Positions 10,018 to 18,893 of a stretch of DNA of 64,000 nucleotides are shown one piece after another. Below the pieces are notes generated by a model that saw only the letters and a program-made list of their open reading frames with translations, had not been told where the DNA came from and did not search any database. Source of the DNA: an uncultured Gemmatimonadales bacterium (GTDB taxonomy: Bacteria; Gemmatimonadota; Gemmatimonadetes; Gemmatimonadales; GWC2-71-9); assembly GCA_963825055.1 (NCBI GenBank), contig CAWGSK010000012.1:416001-480000 (forward strand), in the 5' to 3' direction. Each line of letters begins with the position of its first letter. The first letter of the stretch is position 1. Made by a program: the position numbers and the translations under genes.

Positions 10018-11286
10018 ATGATCCCCGACCGTTTTGCCATCCTGGATCCGGCCGCCGGCATCAGCGGCGACATGGTGCTCGGCGCACTGGTCGATGTTGG
10101 CCTGCCAACAGACTGGCTGGCTGATTTGCCGGCCCGACTCAGCCTGGATGGCGTTTCGATCCGGGTCGAACGGGTTATGCGGTGCCGGGTGGCCTCGACC
10201 AAGGTGCACGTGATGCTGCCCGGTGGCGTGGTGGAGCAGCCGGCGGAGGCAGTCCAAGGCGCGCATGGGCACGGCCATCATCACGGGGAGGGTGACGGAC
10301 CTCACAGACAGGTTGGGGAGCTCATCACCATCATCCGCCGCGCCGCGCTCTCGCCGTGGGTGACGGAACGGGCCGTTCAGGCCTTCCAGTTGCTCGCGGA
10401 AGCGGAAGGCCGGGTTCACGGCATGCCACCTGCAGAAGTGACTCTGCATGAGGTCGGCGCGTGGGACGCGCTGGTGGACATCGTTGGTGCTGTGGGAGGA
10501 TTCGAGGCGCTGGGGCTCCAGCGGATTTACCATAGGCCGGTCGCCATCGGATCAGGATGGATCCGGGCCGCGCACGGGATCCTGCCGGTACCGGCGCCCG
10601 CCACGACCCACCTCCTGGAAGGTCTCGAGATCGCGCCTGACGGACCGGTGAGCGGCGAAGCGGCGACACCGACTGGCGTTGCGCTCCTGCGGGTGCTGAG
10701 TCAAGGGGAACCCCCGGCACGATGGCGGATCGTGCGAAGCGGGTGGGGAGCTGGCGGGCGGGACCCGCACGAGTATCCCAATGCGTTGCGGCTGATGGTG
10801 GCGGAGTCGGTGCGTGAGGCCGCGGAGGTCGTGGTGGTGGCGACGGACATGGACGACCTGGCGCCCGAGTACCTGCCCCCGCTGCGTGACGCCCTTGAGG
10901 CAGCCGGCGCGCTGGACGTCCAGACCTGGCCGACGCACGGCAAGAAGGGCCGGACCGGGTTTCGCCTGGAGGTGACGGTCGGCCGTGACGGAGAAGCCGC
11001 GGTCACCGAGGCACTCTTCCGCCACAGCACGACGGCGGGCGTGAGGCGCTGGATCGCGGAGCGGGTCACGCTTGCGCGCCGCGAGTTGGAGGTGAAGGCC
11101 GAGGACGGCACGATGGTCCGGGTGAAGGTGCTCGACGGTCCGGACGGGCCACGGGTCAAGCCCGAGTATGATGACATTCGCGCTCTGGCGGCCAGACTGG
11201 GCCGGCCGGCGCATGAGATAGCGGACGAGATCAAACAGCGGGCCGGCGAGCTGCTCCGGGAGCAGCACGGTCGCGCTTCATTCTGA
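10018..11286 (+). CDS. larC: Nickel pincer cofactor biosynthesis protein LarC
   Basis: GISGDMVLGALVD, His-rich HGHGHHH, LHEVGAWDALVDI, PVPAPAT, TPTG, KKGR, KPEYDD. Confidence 0.92.
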   Translation: MIPDRFAILDPAAGISGDMVLGALVDVGLPTDWLADLPARLSLDGVSIRVERVMRCRVASTKVHVMLPGGVVEQPAEAVQGAHGHGHHHGEGDGPHRQVGELITIIRRAALSPWVTERAVQAFQLLAEAEGRVHGMPPAEVTLHEVGAWDALVDIVGAVGGFEALGLQRIYHRPVAIGSGWIRAAHGILPVPAPATTHLLEGLEIAPDGPVSGEAATPTGVALLRVLSQGEPPARWRIVRSGWGAGGRDPHEYPNALRLMVAESVREAAEVVVVATDMDDLAPEYLPPLRDALEAAGALDVQTWPTHGKKGRTGFRLEVTVGRDGEAAVTEALFRHSTTAGVRRWIAERVTLARRELEVKAEDGTMVRVKVLDGPDGPRVKPEYDDIRALAARLGRPAHEIADEIKQRAGELLREQHGRASF

Positions 11287-11300
11287 ACAAGGGAGAAGGG

Positions 11301-12773
11301 ATGATCAAGGGACTCTGGGTGGGCCTTGTGGTCGGCATGGTTGCCGCGCCGCTGAACGCCCCCCTGGCGGCGCAGGCGCAGCGGGACAGTGCGACCACGC
11401 TGGTGGCGATGGTCCAGCAGGCGCAGCCGCAGCGCTACGAGCCGATCGACTGCCTGGGTGACGGTCACTTCAAGGTGAGCAGTGCCAAGACGACGGTGAA
11501 GTCGGCGCTGGAGGCCAGCAACAAGGCTGCGGTGCCCGGGATGCTGGAGCGCGCCCGGCGGGTCGTGACGGAGGCCATCAGCCAGAACGGCCAGGACGTG
11601 AATCCGGCCGCGTGGTACTGGCTCGGACGCATCTACCTGTACGAGGGTGACCTCGGCGGTGCGGATTCGGCGCTGAGCAGGGCGGGACAACTGGCCGAGC
11701 CGGCTTGCGCGAAAGAGATGAACCTCATCCGCATTACCACCGCGAACGCGCTCCTGCGCCCGGGGCTCGACCTCATGCAGGCGGGCCAGGCCGATTCTGC
11801 CACCAGGGTGCTCAAACTCGCGTTGCACTTCTATGGCGACACGCCGTCACCGTATGCATTCAGTACGCTCGGCGGGTACTACTACAACACGAAAAAAATG
11901 CTGGACAGCGCGGCCTTCTACTTTGCGAAGGCGGTCGACGCCTCAGGGAAGGACACGCTCTTCCGCGAGGTGCGGGAGAGCTCACAGTTCAACCTCGCCG
12001 TGGCGCTCCAGAACAACAACCAGGATGCCGAGGCGGCCGCGGCGTACAACAAGTTCCTGACGATGAAGCCGAACGATCTCGAAGCCATGAAGGGGCTGGC
12101 CGCGGCGCTTCGCTCCGCGGGCCAGACCGACAGCGCCCAGGTCATCGAGAAGAAGCTGCTGGACATCCCCGGCGGCGAGCAGGCAGGCGCCAATGCCGAG
12201 GCGGTGACCACGGTCGACATTTTCAACCTGGGCGTCAGCGCTTTCCAGGACAGCAACTACGCGGATGCCGTCAAGGCCTTCAAGCAGGTGCTCGAGCGGG
12301 AACCGAACAACCTGGATGCCGAGCGGAACCTGGCCTTCTCCTATGTCCAGCTGAAGGACGGCGCGCAGCTGCTGCCGGTCGCCAAGCGGATGTATGAGCG
12401 CGAGCCGCTCAACGAGACCACCGTCCGCCTCCTGGCCAATGCGTACGGCATGACGGGGAAGAGCGACCAGCAGGTCTCCCTCGCGGAGAAACTGGTCCAG
12501 ATGCCCGTGACGATCACGATCCAGACCTTCAAGCCCACGCCCGCGGGGGCCAGCCTCCAGGGTGAGTCCACGGGCCGCGCCGCGACCAACCTGGCCGGGA
12601 AAGCCGTCGCGCCGAAGGGGCTGACGCTCTCGTTCGAGTTCCTGAACGACGCGGGTACGGTGGTCACCACGAAGGAAGTCGTCGTGCCCGCGCTCGCGAA
12701 GGGAGCGGCGGAGCCGATCGCCATCGAGGTCCAGGGGGAGGGGATCACCGGCTTCCGGTATCACCAGAAGTAG
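11301..12773 (+). CDS. Secreted tetratricopeptide-repeat protein
   Basis: Signal peptide; several TPR-like repeats (AWYWLGRIY, FNLAVAL, FNLGVSAF...AFKQVLEREPNN); beta-rich C-terminus; purine-rich RBS. Confidence 0.8.
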   Translation: MIKGLWVGLVVGMVAAPLNAPLAAQAQRDSATTLVAMVQQAQPQRYEPIDCLGDGHFKVSSAKTTVKSALEASNKAAVPGMLERARRVVTEAISQNGQDVNPAAWYWLGRIYLYEGDLGGADSALSRAGQLAEPACAKEMNLIRITTANALLRPGLDLMQAGQADSATRVLKLALHFYGDTPSPYAFSTLGGYYYNTKKMLDSAAFYFAKAVDASGKDTLFREVRESSQFNLAVALQNNNQDAEAAAAYNKFLTMKPNDLEAMKGLAAALRSAGQTDSAQVIEKKLLDIPGGEQAGANAEAVTTVDIFNLGVSAFQDSNYADAVKAFKQVLEREPNNLDAERNLAFSYVQLKDGAQLLPVAKRMYEREPLNETTVRLLANAYGMTGKSDQQVSLAEKLVQMPVTITIQTFKPTPAGASLQGESTGRAATNLAGKAVAPKGLTLSFEFLNDAGTVVTTKEVVVPALAKGAAEPIAIEVQGEGITGFRYHQK

Positions 12774-12779
12774 GCCTGT

Positions 12780-12807
12780 CGGGACGGCGGCGTGCGCCGC
12801 CGTCCCG
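12780..12807 (+). terminator. 12-bp perfect GC hairpin after the TPR gene
   Basis: CGGGACGGCGGC-GTGC-GCCGCCGTCCCG; U-tract weak. Confidence 0.6.
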
Positions 12808-12819
12808 GGTTCAGGCCGC

Positions 12820-12849
12820 TTGACAATCGCCCGGAGGACCGGGGATATT
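12820..12849 (+). promoter_or_regulatory. Sigma70 promoter of tRNA-Gly
   Basis: TTGACA (12820-12825), 18 bp, GATATT (12844-12849), just upstream of the tRNA. Confidence 0.65.
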
Positions 12850-12860
12850 CCCCGCACTCT

Positions 12861-12932
<72 letters not shown>

Positions 12933-12943
12933 CTCGACACACT

Positions 12944-12978
12944 GACGCCCCCCGCCGCCATGCGCGACGGGGGGCGTC
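12944..12978. terminator. Hairpin between convergent tRNA-Gly and acg-like gene
   Basis: GACGCCCCCCG ... CGGGGGGCGTC inverted repeat. Confidence 0.6.
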
Positions 12979-12993
12979 GTGCGTCCGACGGCC

Positions 12994-14019
12994 TCAGTAG
13001 ACGACTTCCTCGAGTGGTCTCCGCGGGGTAGCGGGTGCCGCCGTGGCCCGGCCCAGCCGAAGCACGATTTGCGGCCAGCCGTTGGGTGGAACGACTGCCG
13101 CGAGCCGCCGCCGCAGTCGGGGTACCTCCACCGCCTGGTTCAGGTATGACGACTGGAGCCCGGCGTCGCAGGCCAGCAGCAGGACGCGTGAGAGGGCCTC
13201 ACCGGCGGCGAGCCAGTCGAGCGGTGTATCGCCCGGGGTGCTCAGGACAGCCAGCAACGGGGAGTGCGCGGCCAGCTCGCTGCTCTGTGCCGCGCGTCCG
13301 CGCCCAACATCGAAGGTGCGGATGACCAGCGGCGCGAGTCGTGCCGCCACCGGACCGAGCGCGAGCGCGCTTCCCGGCATCCCATCGCCTTCGCCGGAGC
13401 CATTCGGGCGCATCCAGACGGCAAGCTCCCGGCGGAAGGCGGAATCCGCCAGCTGGATCCGGTCGCCTTCCATGACGAGGTCCGTGAGCTCCGCGCGAAC
13501 CGCCTCGCGGGCCAGCACGTCGAACCTGGCACCTTCTTTCCGGGCGGCCCGGATCAGGCTCTGCACGACCGCGGCCTCAACTGGCTGGCCGTCGAAAGAC
13601 CGGCGACAGGTGTGGCGGCGTGGCATCGCGACAAAGAGGGCCTCGTCCGTCGGTGTCCGTGAGTAGGACCCGGTCAGGGAGAGGATGGCGAGGAGCTCGG
13701 GGCGAGTGGCGTCGGGCAGGCGCTGGATACGACAGGCCCGTCCGAAGAAATGGGCGGCCGCGCGGAGGTGGAAGAGCGCCGCACCACAGCTGATGATCAA
13801 CTCCCGCCCGTCGGGGTCCACCACCGGGAGGGCACGGCTCGGGTCGGCCAGCAACTCGACCCTGCCGTCGGCGATGCGGAAGCGCCAGGGCTGGCTGTTG
13901 TGGCTCGAGGGGGCGAGCACGGCATACCCCACCAGGGCGCGCAACTGTTCGTCGGCCGACCCGGCCAGGGGGAACGCCTCAAGGGCCTCACTCCACTGCT
14001 CCAGCCAGACATCGGGCAT
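12994..14019 (-). CDS. Acg-family FMN-binding nitroreductase-like protein
   Basis: LAPSSHNSQPWRF, DPDGRELIISCGAALF, RRHTCR, WLAAGEALSRVLL, PQIVLRLG, TPRRP; GAGGAG RBS. Confidence 0.88.
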   Translation of the reverse strand: MPDVWLEQWSEALEAFPLAGSADEQLRALVGYAVLAPSSHNSQPWRFRIADGRVELLADPSRALPVVDPDGRELIISCGAALFHLRAAAHFFGRACRIQRLPDATRPELLAILSLTGSYSRTPTDEALFVAMPRRHTCRRSFDGQPVEAAVVQSLIRAARKEGARFDVLAREAVRAELTDLVMEGDRIQLADSAFRRELAVWMRPNGSGEGDGMPGSALALGPVAARLAPLVIRTFDVGRGRAAQSSELAAHSPLLAVLSTPGDTPLDWLAAGEALSRVLLLACDAGLQSSYLNQAVEVPRLRRRLAAVVPPNGWPQIVLRLGRATAAPATPRRPLEEVVY

Positions 14020-14048
14020 TGTTACTCCTCTCGCGGCGGCGGCGGATG

Positions 14049-14075
14049 GGGAGACCGGGGGTCACCCGGTCTCCC
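14049..14075. other. Intercistronic 11-bp stem-loop between hsp20 and acg
   Basis: GGGAGACCGGG-GGTCA-CCCGGTCTCCC. Confidence 0.6.
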
Positions 14076-14082
14076 GCAGGCG

Positions 14083-14523
14083 CTACGAGATCGCGATCCG
14101 GTTCTTGAGGACCGGCTCCTTCTTGGGCAGCCGGACGGTGAGGACCCCGTCATGGTAGCGCGCCGAGATCTCCTCCGCGCTGACCGCGGACGGCAGCCGC
14201 AGGCTCCGGACGAACCGCCCCATATCGCGTTCCTTCCAGAAGAAGTCCTCGGTCTCTTCTTCCCGGATGTTCTCGCGACGGCCGGACAGGGTCAGCACCT
14301 GTCCCTCGAGGTTCACGTCCAGGTCATCCTTGGGGATGCCGGCGGCCTCGATGCGAACGACGAACTCCTTCTCGGTTTCCGAGAAATCCAGCTTCGGCAG
14401 CCAGGGGGTTGCCGCCTCGGACCCCGGACGCCCGAATACCGAGCGTGAGAAGACGCGATCGAAGAACCGCTCGACATCGTCCTTCACGATAGCCGGATTC
14501 GGGATGGGTTTGGTGAGTTGCAC
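14083..14523 (-). CDS. Hsp20/alpha-crystallin small heat-shock protein
   Basis: AAGGAGG RBS before GTG; ERDMGRFVRSLRLP, ARYHDGVLTVRLPK, C-terminal IAI (IxI). Confidence 0.92.
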   Translation of the reverse strand: MQLTKPIPNPAIVKDDVERFFDRVFSRSVFGRPGSEAATPWLPKLDFSETEKEFVVRIEAAGIPKDDLDVNLEGQVLTLSGRRENIREEETEDFFWKERDMGRFVRSLRLPSAVSAEEISARYHDGVLTVRLPKKEPVLKNRIAIS

Positions 14524-14651
14524 AGGTACCTCCTTGATGAGCGGCCCATGGGGCTCATGAGCCACCATACGCTAACCAGGCGGTGGTGAAAGGATCCTGA
14601 AAGAACCGCGAATTTTCCTTTGGGCCCGGATATCCGGCTAGATTCCGCGCC

Positions 14652-15353
14652 ATGTGCGCCGACTCAGGGAACGCCGCCGCCGTCCCCCTTCTCGCCCTCC
14701 GCGACCTCACCCTCGCCAGGGACGGGCACCCGGTTCTCGTCCGCATTTCCTTCGACATCGCCCGGGGCGAGGTGGTCGCCCTGACCGGCCCCAGCGGCTC
14801 GGGGAAGTCTTCGCTCCTCCGGGTGCTGGTCCGGTTGAGCGAGCCCGACGGTGGCACCGTCCTCCTGGACGGAAACGACTACCGGGAACTCCCTCCGCGC
14901 GACTTGCGACGGCGCCTGGGACTGGTCCTGCAGGAAGCCTGGCTCTTTCCGGGTACGGTCGGCGACAACGTGGCCTACGGCCCCCGCCAGCGCGGGGAGG
15001 AATGCGACACCGCCACCATTGACGCCCTCCTCGCCAGCGTCGGACTGGAGGGGTATGCCGGCCGCAACGCATCCCGCCTCTCGGGAGGCGAGGCCCAGCG
15101 CGTCTCGCTGGCCCGCATCCTGGCGAACCGCCCCGAGATGCTCCTCCTGGATGAACCGACATCCTCGCTGGACGAGGACAGCCGTGCGGAGGTGGAGGAC
15201 GTGATCAGGGATTTGTTGCATCACCAGCAGGTGACGGCGCTCATCGTGACCCACGATCCCGCGCAGGCGCGCCGGCTTGCCACGCGGCGGCTGGAGTTGC
15301 GCGAGGGCCGGATTGTCCATGATGGAGAGGAAGTGGAGGCGGGCCGTGCTTGA
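14652..15353 (+). CDS. ABC transporter ATP-binding protein (FetA/YbbL-like)
   Basis: Walker A GPSGSGKS, LSGGEAQ, LLLDEPTSSLD, VTHD. Confidence 0.88.
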   Translation: MCADSGNAAAVPLLALRDLTLARDGHPVLVRISFDIARGEVVALTGPSGSGKSSLLRVLVRLSEPDGGTVLLDGNDYRELPPRDLRRRLGLVLQEAWLFPGTVGDNVAYGPRQRGEECDTATIDALLASVGLEGYAGRNASRLSGGEAQRVSLARILANRPEMLLLDEPTSSLDEDSRAEVEDVIRDLLHHQQVTALIVTHDPAQARRLATRRLELREGRIVHDGEEVEAGRA

Positions 15354-16131
15354 CCAGTTCTTCCACGCGGGCGTGGCACTCGGGCTCGCCCAGGCAACGG
15401 CGGCAGCGCTGGTGGCGCTCTTCACCGTCTGGGTCGCCCGGCGCGGCGGGATTCACGTCGAACGCGACACGACGGTTGCCCTCGTGCGCGGCATCGTCCA
15501 GATCGTCGCGGTCGGTTCGGTGCTTACCCTCGTCTTCCAGGGACCGGGCTGGACCAGCGGCCTCGTGCTCGCCGTCATGATGGTTGCCGCCGGCGCCATT
15601 GCCGCCCGCCGTATCCGGTCGCTGCCCGGCGCGTTCGCGGTCAGCCTGGCGGGTATTGCGGCCGGAGGCGGCCTGGTGATCGTGGTAATGACGCTGCTGG
15701 GCGTGATCGATGACGCCATGACGTCGCTCATCCCTGTCGGCAGCATGCTGATTGCCAACGCGATGAACACCAATGCCCTGGCGCTCGAGCGCTTCCGCTC
15801 GGACGTGGAGACCCAGTCCGGCATGGTCGAGGCCCGCCTGACCCTCGGCGCCACGCCACAGGCAGCGGTGCGGCCCCATGTCCAGGCGGCGGTGTCCGCC
15901 GCGCTCATCCCGCGGATCGACTCACTCCGGTCGCTCGGCATCGTGTGGATTCCCGGGCTCATGGCCGGGATGATCCTGGCCGGCGCCGATCCGGTGTACG
16001 CCGCCATTTATCAGTTCGCCGTGATCGCGATGATCTACGCGAGCTCGGGGCTGACGGCAGTGGTGAGTACGCTGCTCATTCGCGCAAGGGTGTTCGGGCC
16101 GGGCGACCGGCTGCTGCTGCCCTCGGCCTGA
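15346..16131 (+). CDS. ABC permease, UPF0014/FetB (YbbM) family
   Basis: RGIVQIVAVG, IPVGSMLIANAM, LGATP, GIVWIPGLMAGMILAGADPVYAAIYQ. Confidence 0.87.
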   Translation: MLDQFFHAGVALGLAQATAAALVALFTVWVARRGGIHVERDTTVALVRGIVQIVAVGSVLTLVFQGPGWTSGLVLAVMMVAAGAIAARRIRSLPGAFAVSLAGIAAGGGLVIVVMTLLGVIDDAMTSLIPVGSMLIANAMNTNALALERFRSDVETQSGMVEARLTLGATPQAAVRPHVQAAVSAALIPRIDSLRSLGIVWIPGLMAGMILAGADPVYAAIYQFAVIAMIYASSGLTAVVSTLLIRARVFGPGDRLLLPSA

Positions 16132-16217
16132 CGGTCCGGGGCGGCTGTCATCTTCCAGTCACGCGGCCATGCTAGGCTGCGAGGCACGTGAATGTGCCAC
16201 CCACTCTGGAGATTGAG

Positions 16218-16856
16218 ATGAGACGATATCGCACCGGGGCTCTGGCGGCCCTGCTTTCCCTGTCTGTGGCCTTGCCGTCGGGAGCGCAGCAGGCCGCGCC
16301 CGCCATGAAGGTGAAGGAGGAACACCCCGGCATGCTCAAGGAGGCGGCCATCACGCCGGAGCAGGCCACGGCGACGGCGCTGGCCCGCGTACCCGGCTCG
16401 ACCGTGAAGAGTGCCGAGCTCGAGCGGGAGGACGGAACGCTGGTGTATTCGTTCGACCTGGCCGTGGCCGGCAAGGACGGGATCGAGGAGGTCCTGGTCG
16501 ACGCGGCGACGGGGAAGGTCGTGTCGGTGGAACATGAGGGCCCGGCCGCCGAAGCCGCCGAAGCTGCCAGGGAACATCAGGGGCTCAAGGTGAAGGAGGA
16601 ACGCGCCGGCATGCTCGCGCAGGCGAAGATCACGCCGGCCCAGGCGCTCCGGGCCGCACGCGCGCGGGTCCCGCACTCGACCGTGAAGAGCGCTGAACTC
16701 GAGCGGGAGGACGGCAGGCTGGTGTATTCGTTCGATCTCGTCGTGCCCGGCGGGGAAGGCGTGGAGGAGGTGTGGGTGGACGCTACCACCGGCAAGGTCT
16801 TGTCCGTGAAGCACGAGGACGCAACCACCGAGGCGGACGAGGAAGACGAGGACTAG
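16218..16856 (+). CDS. Secreted protein with two tandem PepSY domains
   Basis: Signal peptide; two copies of ITPxQA...VKSAELEREDGxLVYSFDL...VDAxTGKVxSV; acidic tail. Confidence 0.87.
   Translation: MRRYRTGALAALLSLSVALPSGAQQAAPAMKVKEEHPGMLKEAAITPEQATATALARVPGSTVKSAELEREDGTLVYSFDLAVAGKDGIEEVLVDAATGKVVSVEHEGPAAEAAEAAREHQGLKVKEERAGMLAQAKITPAQALRAARARVPHSTVKSAELEREDGRLVYSFDLVVPGGEGVEEVWVDATTGKVLSVKHEDATTEADEEDED
16308..16820 (+). repeat. Intragenic direct duplication (279-bp period) in the PepSY gene
   Basis: AAGGTGAAGGAGGAAC at 16308 and 16587, with long similar blocks following. Confidence 0.85.
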
Positions 16857-16861
16857 CGGGC

Positions 16862-17551
16862 ATGCGTGTCCTGGTCGTCGAGGACGAGGCCGAGGTCGCC
16901 GATCTCGTCGCCCGGGCGCTGCGGGAGGCCGCCTGGGCGGTCGACGTGGCGGGGACGGGCGCCGGGGCGCTGGAGGCCCTGGCCATCAACGAGTATGACC
17001 TGGCGGTGCTCGACATCGGGCTCCCCGATCTGAGCGGGCTCGAGGTCTGCCGCCGCTGGCGCGAGCGCGGGGGCCGGACGCCGATCCTCATGTTGACGGC
17101 CCGCGCCGGGCTGTCCGACCGGGTCACTGGACTCGATGCCGGGGCCGATGACTACCTGCCGAAGCCGTTCGCACTGACGGAGCTCCTGGCGAGGCTTCGG
17201 GCCCTGGCGCGGCGACCTGCACCCACACTGGGCGTGGTTCTCACCTATGCCGACCTCAGGCTCGATACGCGAACCCGTACCGCATGGCGTGCCGACCGGG
17301 AGGTCACCCTGACGTCCCGGGAGTATGCGATGCTCGAATACCTCCTCCGCAACCCCGATCAGGTGCTGAGCCGGGGGAGGATAATCGAGCACGTCTGGGA
17401 TGATAACTTCGACCCGGTTGCGAATGCCGTGGATGTGCTGGTCGGCCGGGTCCGGCGAAAGGTGGACGGAGAGGACGACCCTGCGCTCATCCATACGGTG
17501 CGCGGTGCCGGCTACCTCCTTGCTGAACGTGTGCCGGGCGATGCCGCTTAG
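16862..17551 (+). CDS. OmpR/PhoB-family response regulator
   Basis: MRVLVVEDE, LDIGLP, LMLTA, GADDYLPKPF, IHTVRGAGY. Confidence 0.94.
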   Translation: MRVLVVEDEAEVADLVARALREAAWAVDVAGTGAGALEALAINEYDLAVLDIGLPDLSGLEVCRRWRERGGRTPILMLTARAGLSDRVTGLDAGADDYLPKPFALTELLARLRALARRPAPTLGVVLTYADLRLDTRTRTAWRADREVTLTSREYAMLEYLLRNPDQVLSRGRIIEHVWDDNFDPVANAVDVLVGRVRRKVDGEDDPALIHTVRGAGYLLAERVPGDAA

Positions 17552-18884
17552 CCGTCTCCGCCTCCGTCTCACGGGCTGGTTCGGCGGCGCCTTCCTGGTC
17601 GGCCTGGCGATCCTGAGCATCGTGCTCTTCGTGTTCCTCCGCCACCGCGAGGACCGGGAACTCACGGCGCGGCTGCACGAGACCCTCGGCGCGGTTGCCG
17701 AGGCAATCCGGCGTGAGGACGCGGAGCCCGACACTCCGGACCTTGCCAGTGCGGTGCGCGATGCGCTGCGAGAGTACCCGGCCCGGGACATGGCGCTGGC
17801 GGTCTATGGGCCAGACGGGCAGCGTCTCGAGTCGGGCGGCCCGATACGCCTTCTCGCGGGGATGCCGGATTGGGCGACCCTGCCGGCTGCCGGCGCCGAG
17901 CGGGACCTGCCGCTGGATGGCGAAGGGCACTTGAGGGTGGCCTCGGGGACGGCTCGTGTCGGCGAGGCCATCCTCACGATCGCGGCGGCGGCGAGCACGG
18001 CCCCCCTGCGGGAAGAGGCGGAGACCCTGGCCGCCTGGATGCTGGTGAGCGCGCCCCTCATGCTCCTGCTCGCACTGGCCGGAGGCTATTTCCTCTCCGC
18101 GCGTGCGCTGGCACCGATCGCGGACCTGGGCAGGAGGGTGGCGGGTCTCCCCGCCGACGACCTCGAGGCTCGCCTCCCCGTCCTCCTCCCGGCGGATGAG
18201 GTGGGACGGCTGGCGGACCAGTTCAACGGGCTGCTGCAGCGTATCGGCGCCCTGCAGGAGCGGAACCGGCGTTTCCTCGCCGAGGCGGCGCACCAGTTGC
18301 GCACCCCGCTGACCCTGGTGCTGGGTGAAAGCGAGCTCGCGCTGGAGCGCGAGCGCGCCCCGGCTGAACAGCGCGAGACGTTGCGCCGGATACGGACGGC
18401 GGCCCGTCAGATGATGCATCGCGTGAACGAGCTGTTCCTGCTCGCCAGCGCCGAAGCGGGTGAGCGGGTCCCGGCCGCGGAGCGGATCGACCTCGACGGC
18501 CTGGTGCTGGATGTGGTGGACCTCTTCCGGGCCCGCGCCCGGCAACTCGACCGGCGGCTGGAACTCGGGACGATGGGTGGAGTGGATGTGATGGGGAGTG
18601 GGGAACTGCTCCGGGAAGCCGTCCTCGAACTGCTCGAGAATGCCGGTCGTCATGGCGGTTCCCCGGTCCGGATCTCCGTGCAGCGCCTGGGCGCCGATGC
18701 GCGTGTCACGGTCGAGAATCCGGGTCCGCCGCTCGCCGAGGTGCCTGAGGCCGCCCCCGCGGGCAGGAATGGCGGTCTCGGGCTCCCCATCCTTCACGGG
18801 ATCGCCCGGGTGCATGGTGGAGCCCTGCGCTATGAGCACATGGCCGGTTCCAACCGGTTCACTCTTGAACTTCCCGCTGCCTGA
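17541..18884 (+). CDS. Membrane sensor histidine kinase (HAMP, HisKA, HATPase)
   Basis: Two TM helices, HAMP DEVGRLADQFN, H-box AAHQLRTPL, N-box LLENA, GLGL. Confidence 0.9.
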   Translation: MPLSRLRLRLTGWFGGAFLVGLAILSIVLFVFLRHREDRELTARLHETLGAVAEAIRREDAEPDTPDLASAVRDALREYPARDMALAVYGPDGQRLESGGPIRLLAGMPDWATLPAAGAERDLPLDGEGHLRVASGTARVGEAILTIAAAASTAPLREEAETLAAWMLVSAPLMLLLALAGGYFLSARALAPIADLGRRVAGLPADDLEARLPVLLPADEVGRLADQFNGLLQRIGALQERNRRFLAEAAHQLRTPLTLVLGESELALERERAPAEQRETLRRIRTAARQMMHRVNELFLLASAEAGERVPAAERIDLDGLVLDVVDLFRARARQLDRRLELGTMGGVDVMGSGELLREAVLELLENAGRHGGSPVRISVQRLGADARVTVENPGPPLAEVPEAAPAGRNGGLGLPILHGIARVHGGALRYEHMAGSNRFTLELPAA

Positions 18885-18893
18885 GGAAGGGTC

